Positions 1 to 15,886 of a stretch of 64,000 nucleotides of DNA are shown here, piece by piece. The position numbers and the translations under genes were made by a program. The stretch is from Eledone cirrhosa. Taxonomy: Eukaryota. The stretch covers positions 105,338,001 through 105,402,000 of the forward strand of contig OZ024743.1 in NCBI GenBank assembly GCA_964016885.1. The letters run 5' to 3'. Positions within the stretch are counted from its first letter, which is position 1. Every line of letters begins with the position of its first letter. The notes below the pieces were generated by a model. The model worked only from the letters and a program-made list of their open reading frames with translations. It did not search any database and was not told the origin of the DNA.

Positions 1-2509
1 ATAGTATATATGTATGGTTCTTTGAATGTACTGAGTAATTCACCACAAACTTTATTTGCTCTCAAATTTATCAAATGAAATGCATTTCAAACTTGTCTTT
101 AACAATTTTGCAGTAATTATACGAAAACGTTCTAACACAAAATAAAGCCCAAACAGATGCAGTGGCTATGAAAATGTAATTGTTTCTGCCGAATTTTGAC
201 ACCTTCTGAAAGTATCTTGTTATTTCTGAATAGTAAACAATATTTGGTTGGTGCCTCGAGTGCTATATGTTACATTTCATATATATTTGAAAAGCTTTAT
301 TCTTCACATGAAAGAAAACAAATGAAAGAAAACGGTAATATTATACAGTGTAAAAGGACTACTGTTGCTGTTTCCAGAAAACTGAAGTTATTCACTCTTA
401 ATATACAATGTCATATTTCCAACCCAGGCTATCCTTGACTTTGAACTGGGTGATAATAATCTTTCTGTGTATGTTTAACATTTTAAGCATGTATTTAGTG
501 ATATGAAAGTTCGGTTCAGCAACTTGCTAGAGATGAGGGTTTCAGCTTGAGTGAGGGAGAATATTCGAAGCAAATGCTCTGATATTGACAAATATTTCAG
601 GAACGCTACAATAACTTACATATTTATGAAAGAGCTTAAGCGTGGTGCGATTCAAAATATGGCAATATGGAAAAATCGTAAATGTTTCTCGGAAATTTCC
701 ACTTGATTAGGATTGTGTACATTTCTACATTATTGCTTTTTCCTGTTGATTTTAGCTGAGTGACTTACCGATTATAAAATCTTGAAAAAAGTGAGGTGAA
801 ATTCATTTGTCACAAATAGAAACGAGGCAAAATATTAAAGGCTTGTGTTTTTACACCCACCATAATGGCCAATTTGAATAAAGTGATGTTCATGATTATA
901 TTATTTTGTATTGTTTTAAGTTACTCGAAATTTGTTCATTTTTCGATACATTTCACATCACTAAATTTAATTTGCGCCAGTCATATCTTTACATAATTTT
1001 GTTTGCAATTACTCAAATGGTTGTTTTTAGATGATACAAAAATAATTATTAAACATTACAATTAGTCAAATATGAAAAAAAAAAATTAGCTTATTTCAAG
1101 TTGGTTCAAAGAGAGAATTTGTGTCTAAAACGGGTTTATCAGCAAGAACACGATGAAAAGCCCTATGCTGAGCAATTCTTCCTGCCAGGTTCGAGACAGT
1201 AATCTCTTAACGTATAAATACTGCCAATGTAAAAAAATGTAATCAGTTAAAAGCAAAATAACTCGAAACACCAGCGTTTCCTCTATCTTATATAATGTAA
1301 TAGACGTTTAGATATTCCGAATTTGTTTGGTGGTAAAACGAAAAAGAAATAAAAAAAGAAAAATGTTTTCCGTAAGGTAATCCTAGAAGAAAATATCTCT
1401 GACGCGGGGCTCTGTGAAACGTGACCGCTTATAGTGATCAACCATAATACTAAGAGCAATGATTTATTTCGACTAGACATATAACTATTTTGGTAGCAGG
1501 CATTACATTTGTTTCTCGATAAAATAAAAATACAATAGTTTTAGTTGTTGATTTATTGATCTTTGAATTTTGATGAAGTAATTATCAGTCTACCTAAATA
1601 CTATAGTTAGTTCACATGTCTGATTGTATGGGACGAACCATTGGTGACAGCTCCCATTAAATGCGTCACTTCAGCAATAATACTGATCAGAAGAAAGCTA
1701 TAGAGTTATCCATATCATTTTGCAAGAATGTGGTTAAACTAATAATTTTCTAGTGAAAAATATAAAATGGAACAAAAACAGAATCAGTCATATTTCTTTT
1801 CTCTCAGGCAATTCTTTTTCGTCTTCATTCTTCTTTTTCATTTTTAGCAATTCTCTATCCACCTCTCTCTGCCTCTCTTTCCGTCTTTCGCTCTCTCTGT
1901 TTCTCACCCTCTATCTCTATCTTCTTTCTTCTATTCCACTCTCCTGCTTTCTCTCTTTCAATCAAGAATCTTGTCAACAAGAAAAATGTCACACTCTAAT
2001 ATGTTCATTGGTGTTGAAAAAGGAATAACAGCAATATTAAAGAGAGAAAAACAAATTAAAAATCGAGTTGAATAAAAGTAGAAACATATAAAATACAATA
2101 TATCAAAATAATATTATGCCAAAAGAAATATAATTTATAGAAGAAGAAGAAGAAGAAGAAGAAGAAGAAGAAGAAGAAGAAGCCATATGGTTGAAAGAAC
2201 GAAAAACGAAAGCAATTATCAGGAAGCTGTAAACTTGTGAGATGACTACCTGGTGTTACGATTATTTAATTCTTTCTCCAAATTTCTATATATTTTATAA
2301 ATACTTTATGATCTTCCAACTGAATAGATCGAGTTGTTCTTGTTGTAGAAATTATATGCAGTCAAACAACAACAGGAACAAAAAAAAGAAAACATAACAA
2401 AATAAGAAGGCAATGAAGAGACGAAAAAATGTGTAAAGCCCCACAACGACAGCAACAACAATAGCAGAAATAATATTAATGTTAACTTAATATACGCCTG
2501 TAAGAAGTG

Positions 2510-3330
2510 TGGTGGGTTGGTAGAATTAGAAGAGTGTTGGGTAAAATTCTAATGAGGTATTAGTTTTGGTCCTTTGCATTCTGACTTCAAATCACGCCGT
2601 GGTGAAATTTGGTTTTGAAATTTGCCATTCATTCAGTCTAAAGTCAATAGTTTTAGGTACCAGTCATGTACTGACTGATAAAATCTACTTTGCCTTTTTC
2701 TCCCAAATTTCCGTAATTTCACCAGAGTTAGAACGAAAGGCATATCATTATTGTTAGGTCATAGTTACGGCCCTTTACGGTCTGAGTTCAAATCTCGCCG
2801 AGGTTAACTTTGCTTTTCATCCTTACGGGGTCGATAAAATAAAGTACCAGTAATGTACTGGATTATTTGCTGGGCTTGTGCCAAAAGTAGAAACAATTAT
2901 TGCTAGGTCATAAGGGCGGTAGATTGGCAGTATCGGTAGAGCGTCGGACAATATACTTTATGGCATAGGGTTACGCCCCTTCCCTTACGATCATGTCCCG
3001 CCGAGGTAAACTTTGCCTTTCATCTTTACGGTAGCGATAAAATAAAGCATCAGCAATGCACCGGGGTCGATTTAATTGACTTTGCTCTCCCCCAAAATTG
3101 CTGGCCTGGTGTCTAAAGTAGAAACAATTATTGCTAGGTCATATATATGAATATAATATATGGATACAGGCTAGTAGACTGGCAGAATTGGAAGACCGTC
3201 GGCTAAAATTAGTTCAGGCTGTTTACATTCTGATTTCAAATCCAGCCGAGATCAACCTTGCCTTTTAGCCTCCCAAGGTCAATAAAAGAAAGTAGCTGTT
3301 AAATACTGGGTTTATTTAATCAACTTTGTC
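2510..3330 (+). mobile_element. Cluster of four tRNA-derived SINE copies (about 2510-2755, 2762-2900, 2914-3131, 3170-3330)
   Basis: A-box-like TGGCAGTATCGG, B-box-like GAGTTCAAATCC, central GCCTTTCATCCTTACGGGGTCGATAAAATAAAGTACCAG (resembles the Meta/Sauria SINE central domain), 3' end GCTGGCCTTGTGCCAAAAGTAGAAACAATTATT; the same sequence recurs throughout the window. Confidence 0.85.
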
Positions 3331-3727
3331 TTATTACAATGCCACAATTTAGTTCAACATATTTGATACTGTGTTCAACATTATTAGTCTAATTAGTACC
3401 TAACCAGAATTGTTAGAGCTGTATTTCCGAGGGTCCATTATGTTCAGAGCTCCAATACTACCGAGGTGAGATATCTCATTCAGCCTTCTTGTGGCCACTA
3501 GCCCCATTTTCCCGGTGGCAACTTTTCTCCCCTATAAAAGTGGTTATTACATGATTTTCTATGCTATTTTGTGCAACCAACTGTGTTCACAGTTATTTTG
3601 TGCGTCTGAGGGTCTCACATCTCTCTCTCTCTCTCTCTCCCTCTCTCTCTCTCTCTGTATATATATATGATAAGAAAATATTTTACTGTTACTTGTCCTG
3701 CGGTTATATTTTATATTTTAATTTCTA

Positions 3728-5153
<1,426 letters not shown>

Positions 5154-5659
5154 TAGAATTTTTATAAACAACTCGGTCGAGAGGTTAATTCGTCTTGTGC
5201 GGTTTTTGCAAATTTTTGCAATAACTACACATACTGAATTCACTGGCCAAAATAGGGGTTTTCTCCCCTTAGAACCTCATATGTGCTTTCATAACCTGTG
5301 AGATTCTGGCGCACGAAGAACAAAAACCTGTTGAGAAAGCGATGCCTTGTTCGATCATTATACCGAAAGCTTATTTTTTATAAGCAGGCAGTATTATTGA
5401 TTTAAGTGTTTCAGAAACCCAATTTCGGTGTATTCCATCATCCCCGAGGGTCCGGGTAACTGTTTCAATCATATCTTATTTTGTTTGTCCCGTTTAGCTT
5501 CGCTTTTTTGGCTAAGGTGGTTAATGGGTTCTTAACCATCGTCTCAGTGTGTATGACCATTTTAACTTATGTTTATAGCTCTGGTATCTTCATATCCATG
5601 GAGCGCTTGTCTGCTAATTTCTACCCGCCGAAATGAGATTCTCGCTAAATTTATATTTG

Positions 5660-5691
<32 letters not shown>

Positions 5692-5933
5692 CATTTAAAA
5701 TTATAAAGGTAAAACAAAACGTGACAAGTATGTAAATAATTTCGATCAAAAAATATGGGACACATTTGAAGAGGCTTATATCAATCCTTTTCCATTTGAT
5801 TCTGCACATCCTCTATAGCCAAACGCGATAACCCCAGTAGTCACTAAACCTGCTTGAAACAGTTGTAAATTCTCTTTCATATATCAGCTGCTATCGTGAA
5901 AATCGAACTTACATGAAAATATAGTGCCCCCCA

Positions 5934-6071
<138 letters not shown>

Positions 6072-6417
6072 CATATATGATCCGGTGATAAACAGGCGAA
6101 ACTCCAGAGTAACAACACTCACTTTTAACCTTAATAATATAGAATATTAAAACTCTGCTTAGGTATTTTGCCAACATGCTACCTATGAGGCAGTATCCCC
6201 ATTAATGCTTTGGAAACCACAAGCAGTCACTAATAACAGGGGGCGCAAGCTCTCCTATTCCGATGTCATCTCCAGAGATTCTGGTATTGAAATCTAGGAT
6301 TTTTCAACGGCAATGAACGACAGACCCACGTGGAGATCAATTGTTGAGTCGACTTCGGCTGAGGTCGCCGGATGATGATGTTGATGACCATGATAATGAT
6401 TATGATGATGATGATGA

Positions 6418-6459
<42 letters not shown>

Positions 6460-6514
6460 ATAATAATAAATTTGAAGACTAAAATCCAAAGAGGGCTCGA
6501 TAAGGATAAATATA

Positions 6515-6776
6515 TATCAAATATATAAGAACCGTAGAGCAAATATTTATTAAAATAACAGATTAAAGTTTAAGCAAAGAATCGGTGCTTTCACCCTTAA
6601 CGGGATCTTCTAAAACTAAAAAAGTCAATATGTGAACGCAGAAGTAAATATTTCAAAAAACGTTGCAACCGGAGGATGATAGGAAGACGATACGTTCACA
6701 GAATGACCTGTTTTAGTTTCAGAAGATCCCGTTAAGGGTGAAAGCAACGATTCTTTGCTTAAACTTTAATCTGTTA

Positions 6777-6783
<7 letters not shown>
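6515..6783. mobile_element. Inverted pair of a short hammerhead-bearing (Penelope pLTR-like) element, CAGAAGA family
   Basis: Arms about 6547-6621 and 6711-6783 are reverse complements; ends in (TA)n; further copies at 22.6-23.2 kb and 42.77-42.84 kb. Confidence 0.7.
6715..6765 (+). ncRNA. Type I hammerhead-like fold with U4A core variant
   Basis: agttt CAGAAGA t-ccc-gttaa-ggg-t GAAA gcaa-cgattct-ttgc TT aaact: stems I, II and III all pair. Confidence 0.6.
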
Positions 6784-6867
<84 letters not shown>

Positions 6868-6954
6868 TATAATAAATGAAGATCGCTGGTATTAAGTCAA
6901 AGAACTCCGGCTAACGTCTAGCTGACGCAATGAATCTGTCGAATTGCACTAACG

Positions 6955-6991
<37 letters not shown>

Positions 6992-7569
6992 TGTGGCCAT
7001 AGAAGAGGGAAAACCTTTGATAATAAGTCACTTTAATTAAGGTTGAATTGGGGCTGATTAATATCAGATAAGCCTGTTTGGAAGCAATTATAACTGCTAA
7101 GGAGAACTGGTGACTCATTACTTGTATGCAAAATTGATACTGTAAGCACTAAGAAAACAATCAATGAGCATGAGTTAGATACTGAAATTATATAGACAGA
7201 ATATTTTACTCAACATGGGACTAAGGATAGGAGCGAAACTAACCCTCACAAAAGCAGATTTAAAAAATCTAGTTACACCAAAATAATGGAATGACATAGG
7301 CCCATAATTCTTGATCAGTTGTAGGGTCATCGCAGTGAGATATGGTGAGTCTTAGGTATGAAAGCATGATAGAGTTTATCCTTCTTCACAGCAGATTATG
7401 TTTTTATGGGAGAGAGGATGAGAGAGGGGAGATTAATAGGAATAGAGAGAGAAATGACGAGTGAGAAAGATAGATAGAGACAAATAGAAAGAGAGAGGTG
7501 AGTAAAAGAGGACCCCAGTACTAGATAGATACTGTTTTTATTGACATCGAAATTAAATGCAAGAATTGT

Positions 7570-8068
7570 TAGCTTTAACGTTCAATCACCAGAAGGGGTA
7601 AAAGCCAAACTCGCGCTCTTCAATTTAGAGTTCATCCCTATCCTTACGTATGATAATGTATCCTGGGTAATGACCGAATACAGACAGCTGAAATAGGGTT
7701 CCTCCAAAGGTACTTTGGAGTAATGTTACTCGATAGGGTTCATGCTATGATATCATGGAGTCGTGTCAGGTAGAGCTGCTTCTTCTCCGAATCGAGAGAT
7801 CATGACATGTGTCTAAGGGAAGAATTGTTAGACAGATTTTACAGGAAAAGTCAATCAACGAGAGACCCAATGGTTGAATATGTGTAGGACGATTAGTCAC
7901 CATCCATGAGTTCGATTGCTCTTTCTTGGGGAAGCAATCGGAGACGGTTATTTCTGATGGAACGTTCTGGAAAGCGCATCTGTTGTACATGCGCATAAAA
8001 CTCTTCGTCGTCTTCGAAGAAGAAGAAGAAGAAGAAGAAGAAGAAGAAGAAGAAGAAGAAGAAGAAGA
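7570..8068 (+). mobile_element. Decayed 3' fragment of an RTE-type LINE with (GAA)n tail
   Basis: Translates to KAKLALFNLEFIPILTYDNVSWVMTE...AEIGFLQRYFGVMLLDRV (RTE post-RT motif PILTYG.E.W...E..FLR); ends in (GAA)n at about 8016-8068. Confidence 0.65.
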
Positions 8069-8599
8069 AAACGTTGACTTCAGCGGAAATTGAACTTAGA
8101 AGGCAAAATACTGAAACGACTAACATAATGATTTCTATCCGATGTTCTAACGACTATGCCAACTTGCTACCTATCAAATTATTAAAAGACCTAAAAATCA
8201 AATAAACAAGAATAAGTGCACAGCTACTGATGAATAAATGAAACTGAGAGTAAAAGCATATAAACACAGTAAAGGGAAAAAACTTCTAATGACTATATGT
8301 AGCCGAATTAGATGAAAATTGAAAAAAAATTAAGTCATTTAAACAGACAAGTTAGCTGAATAATTAAACACACTTTCCAAATAATAAATTAGACATTAAG
8401 TACGAAGGAAAGAGTATTTCCAACATAATTTATAATTCCCGATCCCCCAGAGAATATTCTTCCTTCTCACAAAATTTCTTCTATGAAAATATATTATATC
8501 ATAGTATATAATATATATAAATAAAATAAATAAAGTGAAACGATGTCAAATAGGCAAAATCAACATAAATTATTTTGTACTTACAAAAGACAGTATAAT

Positions 8600-8910
8600 T
8601 TCATTTGGACCTCCATCGATTCTGACGATGTGTGCACCAGTTGTTTGAACAACAGAACAGCCTGCTTGGTAAATTAACATGTAAGTGTCTAATTCAACAT
8701 GAACGCATACTCTTAACGTAGTCCACAGGGAGATTCAGTGTGACAAAGTGTGTGAGAAGGCTCGACTTTGGGATTATAGGTATCACCATATTTGTCAGCT
8801 TGATGGCCTGAATCAACAGGAAATAAGTTGTCTTTCTCATGGGCAAATCGGTCCAGGTATCGAACGCACGACAGTAGGATCGTAAAACAAGCATCACAAG
8901 TAGTAGACAA
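8600..8910 (-). mobile_element. Degenerate second tRNA-derived SINE family
   Basis: Minus-strand B-box-like GTTCGATACC near 8855-8864; body resembles an abundant octopus repeat as recalled from memory, not verified. Confidence 0.4.
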
Positions 8911-11491
8911 CAAGATTTCATGTATAACTTCATGCATAAAAATAATGTAAAAAGAAAACTAACTCGTAAACGTCTCTCACCAATACCGCATCTGCGTTGT
9001 TTAGAATATATTTGAGAAAAAGTTGTGGCTGATTTTGGAACTAGCATTATCACCAATAAACTGTGTGGAATTTTTATCGTTTGAAATCTTTTCGAAAGGG
9101 TTCCAGGTTATTCCTGAACTAAGATATAAAGAAAGTCAAAATATTTCGTCAAGTCTTAGAGATTTAAACTATTGAAAACATTCTATAATTGGTTGTTTCA
9201 ATAAGATCGGATCAATCTGCAGATGCGCTAATGATAGCCATGAGCTGGTGGTATCATTCGTAGAGCTATTCTGATTCAGAACATAAAGGAACGTAACTAA
9301 ACCTCAGACGTCTTTGTGTAGTCGCATGAAACTACAAACAAATCAACCACACGTAGGTAGTTGGCTCCATACTTGGGTGCGGTCTACAGATCCATAACAC
9401 AAGAGCTATATGTTGTTGTGAGGCTCTATGTTGCTTTGTTGGATCCCGTCGTGGCTACCACTAGAATATTTATATACAGAAACAGATTTGGCAAAGGAGC
9501 GGTACTGACAAACTAGAGATATCTCTTGCAACACCAAAAATCCTAACTAGATCTCTTAAGGAATTTTGATTGGAACTTCACCGATAACATTCATCGCCCT
9601 ACGTCTAATACTATTAAATTCTATCGAAAGCCAAAATCCGGAAATTTCGTTGGTTAGTCAATAAAATTCGACCCTAGACAGATGAGTGGCAAAAATTATC
9701 TCTGTTGAATTTTGGCCAAATGTCTTTAACATAGGTCAGATTCGAACCAATGTTGGTGAGTGGAATTTGGTTGCCAGAAACGGTGCAGAAGCGCTTAGCC
9801 ATAATTTATTGGTCCAAATTTGTCAGGCTGTGTCACACCGTGTCACGCTCTGGCACATAATGTGTTACGATGTGTTATGATGTATCACGATACGTTACGA
9901 TGTCTTCAAGGTGTGTCACCCTGATCCTTCCTGGACTGACTGAGGTTAACTTTGTTTATCATCAATAAAAAAGTAACAGTTCAGCACCGAGGTAGAATCT
10001 TCTATATCTCTTTCACACTTCCTTTAGCTCTCTCTCTCTCTATATATATATATTTCTCTCTCTCTTTCTCTCTCTCTGACATACGCACACATACATACAC
10101 ACACAGAAATAGACACTCACTTCTCTCACTGTCTTCTCCCGGGGAGGAAATCGGACGTGGTGAAGAGATGGGCTCCGCCAGGTTCAAATTGTCAAATATA
10201 TGTTCTATGTCACTTCGGTCCACGTACGACACCATCAGGAGTTAAGGGGACCATACATAAAACACAACTAAAGCCGTCATTTACAATCAATTATGACTTG
10301 GTAGCGTGTATAATGCTTTCGTTAGGGGTTTAGATGCCTCAACAATAGTGGGCACACACAGAATTCTCTCTTCCTTGAGCCATCGGAAAATCCAGGGTAT
10401 CACAGCTGAAAGGAGAAACATTTGTACCATCACTGATCTGGTTCATTATTTGTAGACGCCGAAAGAATGGAATTCGAAGTAAACCTCAATGGGATTTGAA
10501 CTAGGTGTGCAGAGACCCAGAACAAATACCCAACTCTCTAACTACTCTACTAAATCTACCACTTACATAACGGTTACATCTCAGTTTCGAGAATTGCCAT
10601 CCATTGACATTGTTCTCATATATCGTTGGCACGAAAATGACTCTAGCCATTTCAATGACTTACATTCCTTTCTTCATAGGCTGCAGTGAAAGAGAAAAGA
10701 AAAGGCCATGTTCGTGTAGCACACGTGAAAGTGGTTTACATCAAAGTTTGCCTGTGCCTGAAGCTTTTTTAAGTGAAGAAAGGTCTTGCACTGGATCAAT
10801 CCCACCTCACTGAACAACGATGACGAGTATCAAAAAAATAAAAAGATAAAATAAAAATAAATAAATAAAATGGGCAATATCATTGGCTGCTATCGAGTCG
10901 CGGGTTTTACATCAGAGTTATCCTCCTCCTCCTAGAATGATCTAGGGGTATCTCTATCCCGGCGGACTAAACGCGCGTTCGCCCACTAAACTGAGTAATT
11001 CCATGTCGCCTTGCATACCGCCTACATACATACATATAAATATACATATAAACATACATAAATACATATGTATATATATATAATATGTATATACGTACAC
11101 ATAAATACATAGGATTCACTGGTGAGGCGATAATGTTATTGTAGTGTTTCAGTTATTCGGTTACACGTTGTAAATACTTCTATATTCAAGTGAGGTGGTT
11201 CATTAATACTTTGATGGATAACTTCCATCAAGTTAGCTGAAGCAATTGACTCGGTTGCACAAATATTCAGAACAAATATTTATTCTTTAAGTTTTCACTG
11301 TCTTCTTACTCAATTAACTCTCTCTCTCTCCCTTTCTCTTTAATTCTTTCTCTCACTCTCTCAATATTTCTATCACTCTCTTGATATACAATTTCTCTTC
11401 CAGCTCTATTTCTTTGTCACCTTCTCTCTCTTCCTCTTCCTTTATCTATCACTCTCTCAAACCCCCTTTCTCTTTCTCTATTTGTCTACTC

Positions 11492-11529
<38 letters not shown>

Positions 11530-11717
11530 ATATCTCTCTCTCTATCTATCTCTCCCCCTCTCTCTCTCCCTATCTCTCCCTCTCACTCTCCCTCTCTCTC
11601 CCTCACAACCAATTCTATTTCTATGTCATTCTATCTCTCCCTATGTTGCTCACGCTATCACACTCTTTATCTCTCTCTCTCCTCCCCCCTCTCTCCCTCT
11701 CGCTCTCTCTTTATATA

Positions 11718-11755
<38 letters not shown>

Positions 11756-12904
11756 GCCTTCTAACTCTACTTCTGTTTTACTCTCTCTCTCCTTATATAT
11801 CTTTCGTTTTTCCCTCTGCCTCTTTCTTTAACTATACTTCTCTCTTTCTACTACCTGTATTTCTTTGCATTTCCTGTACGTTTCTGTTTCTTTACTTCCC
11901 TTCAGTATTTCCTTCTGTATTCCTCACCGTTCACAATCGTTATCTACCTAACTATCGTCCTTAATTGTCTCATTGTCATTTTACAATCAATTATTTACTC
12001 ACCTTCTTACATAGTATACACCCCCTCCTCCCAATCCCTTTCTATGTGTTATTAATTTTCTTTTCTCTCAACCTTTCCTTTAATTCCTACTCAGTTCCTT
12101 TCCCATTTGCACACACACTTCTACACTCATCCATTTTCCGCTCTTTCTTCCGGTCTCTTGTTTTCTCTTTATCTTGTTTTTTCTCCCATTCTCTTTATAC
12201 AACTCGCATAAAATCTTGGTATTATCTACTAAATTTATGTTTACCAGCTTCCACCCCCCCCTCTCTCTCCCTCTCTTTTACTGTTAATCACCAATTAATT
12301 TTCTATAAATCATTGTCTCCCCTCCTCGTCCTTTTTTTGTCTTCTCACTCTAGAGAACATCGTCTTAGAAACCCATTTTAAAGCAGCAGTGTTTCACGAA
12401 AGATCACTTGGTTTCTATGCGTTCGATTCTAATTATCTTACAACATCTATACTTCTCTCTCCAATTACACCATCTTTATCTTCTGCATATATAATTTCTC
12501 AAATTCTCTTCATGATTCTCTTAGTTTTTTTAATTTTAAAACTCAGCCTCAGTTTTTTGAGATAGCGAAGGAAAGAACCATAGATGACTAGATAGGCTAA
12601 ACTTGGCAGTGGAAATTGACACGAATTACACATTATGCTCATAAAAATTGGAAAGCAAATCAAATAATGTAATCCTTGATTCTTTTACAACGATGTACTG
12701 GCAACGGCTAAAATGATTTTCTCCTAGGAATGCTCGATCGGGGTTGATCTAAGGCTATACACCAACAGGTACAAGAAGAAGAGTAACATAAATAACAACA
12801 CTAACCTTCTCTGGCTCTAATTCTGTATGATTTCCCCCATTAGTAATAGTAATGAACATGTTTCTGTATCGATTAGTATATCTCCATAATGATATCCTAC
12901 ATTT

Positions 12905-14920
12905 ATATTAGCTATCATCATTACCTTATCAACATCTGGTCTGCCAACATCTGTTCTACCAACATCAATCATATCAACATCTGTCTATCACCATCTGTTC
13001 TATCAACATCGGGTATATCAATATCTCGTCTATCAGCATGTGGTCTACCAACATCTGTTCTATTAACATCCGGTCTATCAACATCTAGTCTATCAAAATC
13101 TGTTGCATCAACATCAGGTCTATCAACACCTGGTCTCCCACGATCTGGTCAACCAAGAACAGTTCTTATTAACATCTGTTCTATCAACATCTGTTCTACC
13201 AACATCTGTTCTATCAACATCTGGTCTACCAAAATCTGTTCTATCAACATCTGGTCTACCACCATCTGGTCTATCAAAATCTGGATACCAAAATCTGGTC
13301 TACCACCATCTGGTCTATCAACATCTGTTCTATCAACATCAGTTATACCAACGTCTGTTCTATCAACATATGGTGTATCAACATCCGGTCTATCAACATC
13401 TGGTCTGCCAACAACAGTTCTATTAACATCTATTCTATCAACATCAGGTATACCAACATCTCGTCTATCAACATCTGGTCTATTAACATCTCGTCTATCA
13501 ACATCTGGTTTACCACATCAGTTCTATTAGCATCTGTCCTATTAACATATATTCTATCACCATCTGTCTATCAACATCTGGTATATCAATATCTGGTCTA
13601 CAAACATCTGGTCTACCACCATCTGGCCTACCAACAACAGTTCTCTTAACATCTCGTCTATCAACATCTCGTCTATCAACATCTGTTCTATCATCATCTC
13701 GTCTATCAATATATGTTCTATCAACATCGGGTATATCAACATCTGGTCTACCAAGAAGAGTTCTATACATCTGTTCTATCATCATCTCGTCTATCAACAT
13801 CTGTTCTATCAACATCGAGTATATCAACATCTGGTCTACCAACAGCAGTTCTATTAACATCTGTCCTATTAACATCTATTCTATCACCATCTGCCTATCA
13901 ACATCTGGTCTATCAACATCTGGTCTACCTCCATCTGGTCTACCAACAACAGTTCTCTTAACATCTGTTCTATCAACATCTCGTCTATCAACATCTGATC
14001 TACCAAGAACAGTTCTATTAACATCTGTTCTATCAACATCAATACCACCATCTGGTCTACCAACAACCCTTATATCAACATCTGTTCTATCAACATCGGG
14101 TCTATCAACATCTGGTCTACCAACATCTAGCTATCAACATTTGTTGTATCAACATCTGTTCTATCAACATCTGGTCTATCAACATCAGGTATACCAACAT
14201 CTAGTCTATCAAGATCTGTTGTATTGACATCTGGTCTACCACCATCTGGGATACCAACAACAGTTCTATCAACATCTGTTGTATCAACATCTGTTCTATC
14301 AACATCTGGTCTATCAAGATCATGTATACCAACATCTCGTCTATCAACATCTGTTGTATCGACATCAGGTCTAGCAACATCTGGTCTATCAATATCTAGC
14401 CTATCAGCATCTGTTCTATCAATATCGGGTCTATCAACATCTGGTCTACCAATAGCAGTTCAATTAACATCTGTTCTATCAACATCTGGTCTATTAACAT
14501 CTGATCTATCAACATCTGGTTTACCAACATCTGTTCTATCAACATCTGGTTTATTAACATCTGATCTATCAACATCTGGTTTACCAACATCTGTTCTATC
14601 AACATCTGGTTTATTAACATCTGATCTATCAACATCTGGTTTACCAACATCTGTTCTATCAACATCGGGTATGCCAACATCTGTTCTATCAACATCTGGT
14701 CTACTAACATCGGGTATACCAACATCTCGTCTATCAACATCTGTTTTATCATCATCAGGTCTACTACCATCTGATCTACCAACAACCGTTCTATCAACAT
14801 CTGTGCTATCAACATCGGGTCTATCAACATCTGGTCTACCGCCATCTGGTCTACCAATAGCAGTTCTATTAACATCTGTTCTATCAACATCTAGTCCATC
14901 AACAGAAGGTCTATCAATAT
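12905..14920. repeat. 15-bp minisatellite, consensus CTATCAACATCTG(T/G)T, roughly 130 units
   Basis: Directly visible; reads STSVL/PTSGL in one frame but with frameshifting indels; 60-bp higher-order repeats at about 14470-14660. Confidence 0.95.
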
Positions 14921-14987
14921 AATTCCTACATAGTTTCTACACTGTCTTCTATATTTCTCTTAATCTTATGGTCATTATTTCTAGTGT

Positions 14988-15171
14988 ATTGGCAGTATCG
15001 GTAGAGGGTCGGACGCCATGCTTTGACGCCTGGAGCTACGGCTCTTGCCATTCTGAGTTCAAATCCCGCCGAGGTTAACTTTGCCTTTCATCCTTACAGA
15101 GTCGATAAAATAAAGTACCAGTAATTCACTGGATAATTGCTGGCCTTGTGCCAAAAGTAGAAACAATTATT
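14988..15171 (+). mobile_element. tRNA-derived SINE copy
   Basis: TGGCAGTATCGG ... GAGTTCAAATCCCGCCGAGG ... AGTAGAAACAATTATT. Confidence 0.9.
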
Positions 15172-15441
15172 TCTAATATATCTACAATGTGGTTTACCTG
15201 TACTTATGTTCTTGTTCATTGTTCTTTTTCTCTATCTTCTCTCCACCTTCTCCTCTCTCTTTATACAATTCCTCTTTTTCTGAGGTACTAGCTCATTTAT
15301 TCTCTTGCCCTTTTAAGCTACTTACATTTACTTCTATCTTTTTCTTTTACTACCACTGTATACACGCATTCACATGTATGCAGAAAGAAAGAGATAGAGA
15401 GATGGGAGAGCAACAACAATTACACACATACACACATAGAT

Positions 15442-15538
<97 letters not shown>

Positions 15539-15836
15539 GACACACGCGCACACACACACACATATATATGTATATATATAATATATAAGATCAAAAGATG
15601 GTTAAAAGAGTTCCATGTATTTTATTATGCGCATTTCAAAAACAAATATCATCATGCAATAACATTTGTGTTTTCATCAGATAAAATAGGAAGACATGAT
15701 ATGAAGGTTAAAAAACACTTGTGAATAGTGCAGTTTTAAATCTTACATATTATGTATACTCCAGTCCTACAAACTGTAGAGTGCTTCTCATCCGATATTT
15801 GCATTGCTTTATTGTACTACAATAAAACTCACCTCC

Positions 15837-15886
<50 letters not shown>

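Noticed and set aside
1-480. Possible decayed membrane-protein coding sequence on minus, and ORF 196-438
   Set aside because: All frames short or interrupted, no recognisable motif or clear splice sites
5395-5480. Possible degenerate UUGAAA-type hammerhead on minus with branched stem II
   Set aside because: Requires indels and an A9 change; not distinguishable from chance
9300-9660. Faint mariner transposase-like residues
   Set aside because: Too degenerate; no TIRs or DDD motif identifiable
12905-14920. CRISPR-like array
   Set aside because: Contiguous tandem units without unique spacers; eukaryotic context, no cas genes
14988-15075. tRNA gene
   Set aside because: A and B boxes belong to SINE heads; no cloverleaf
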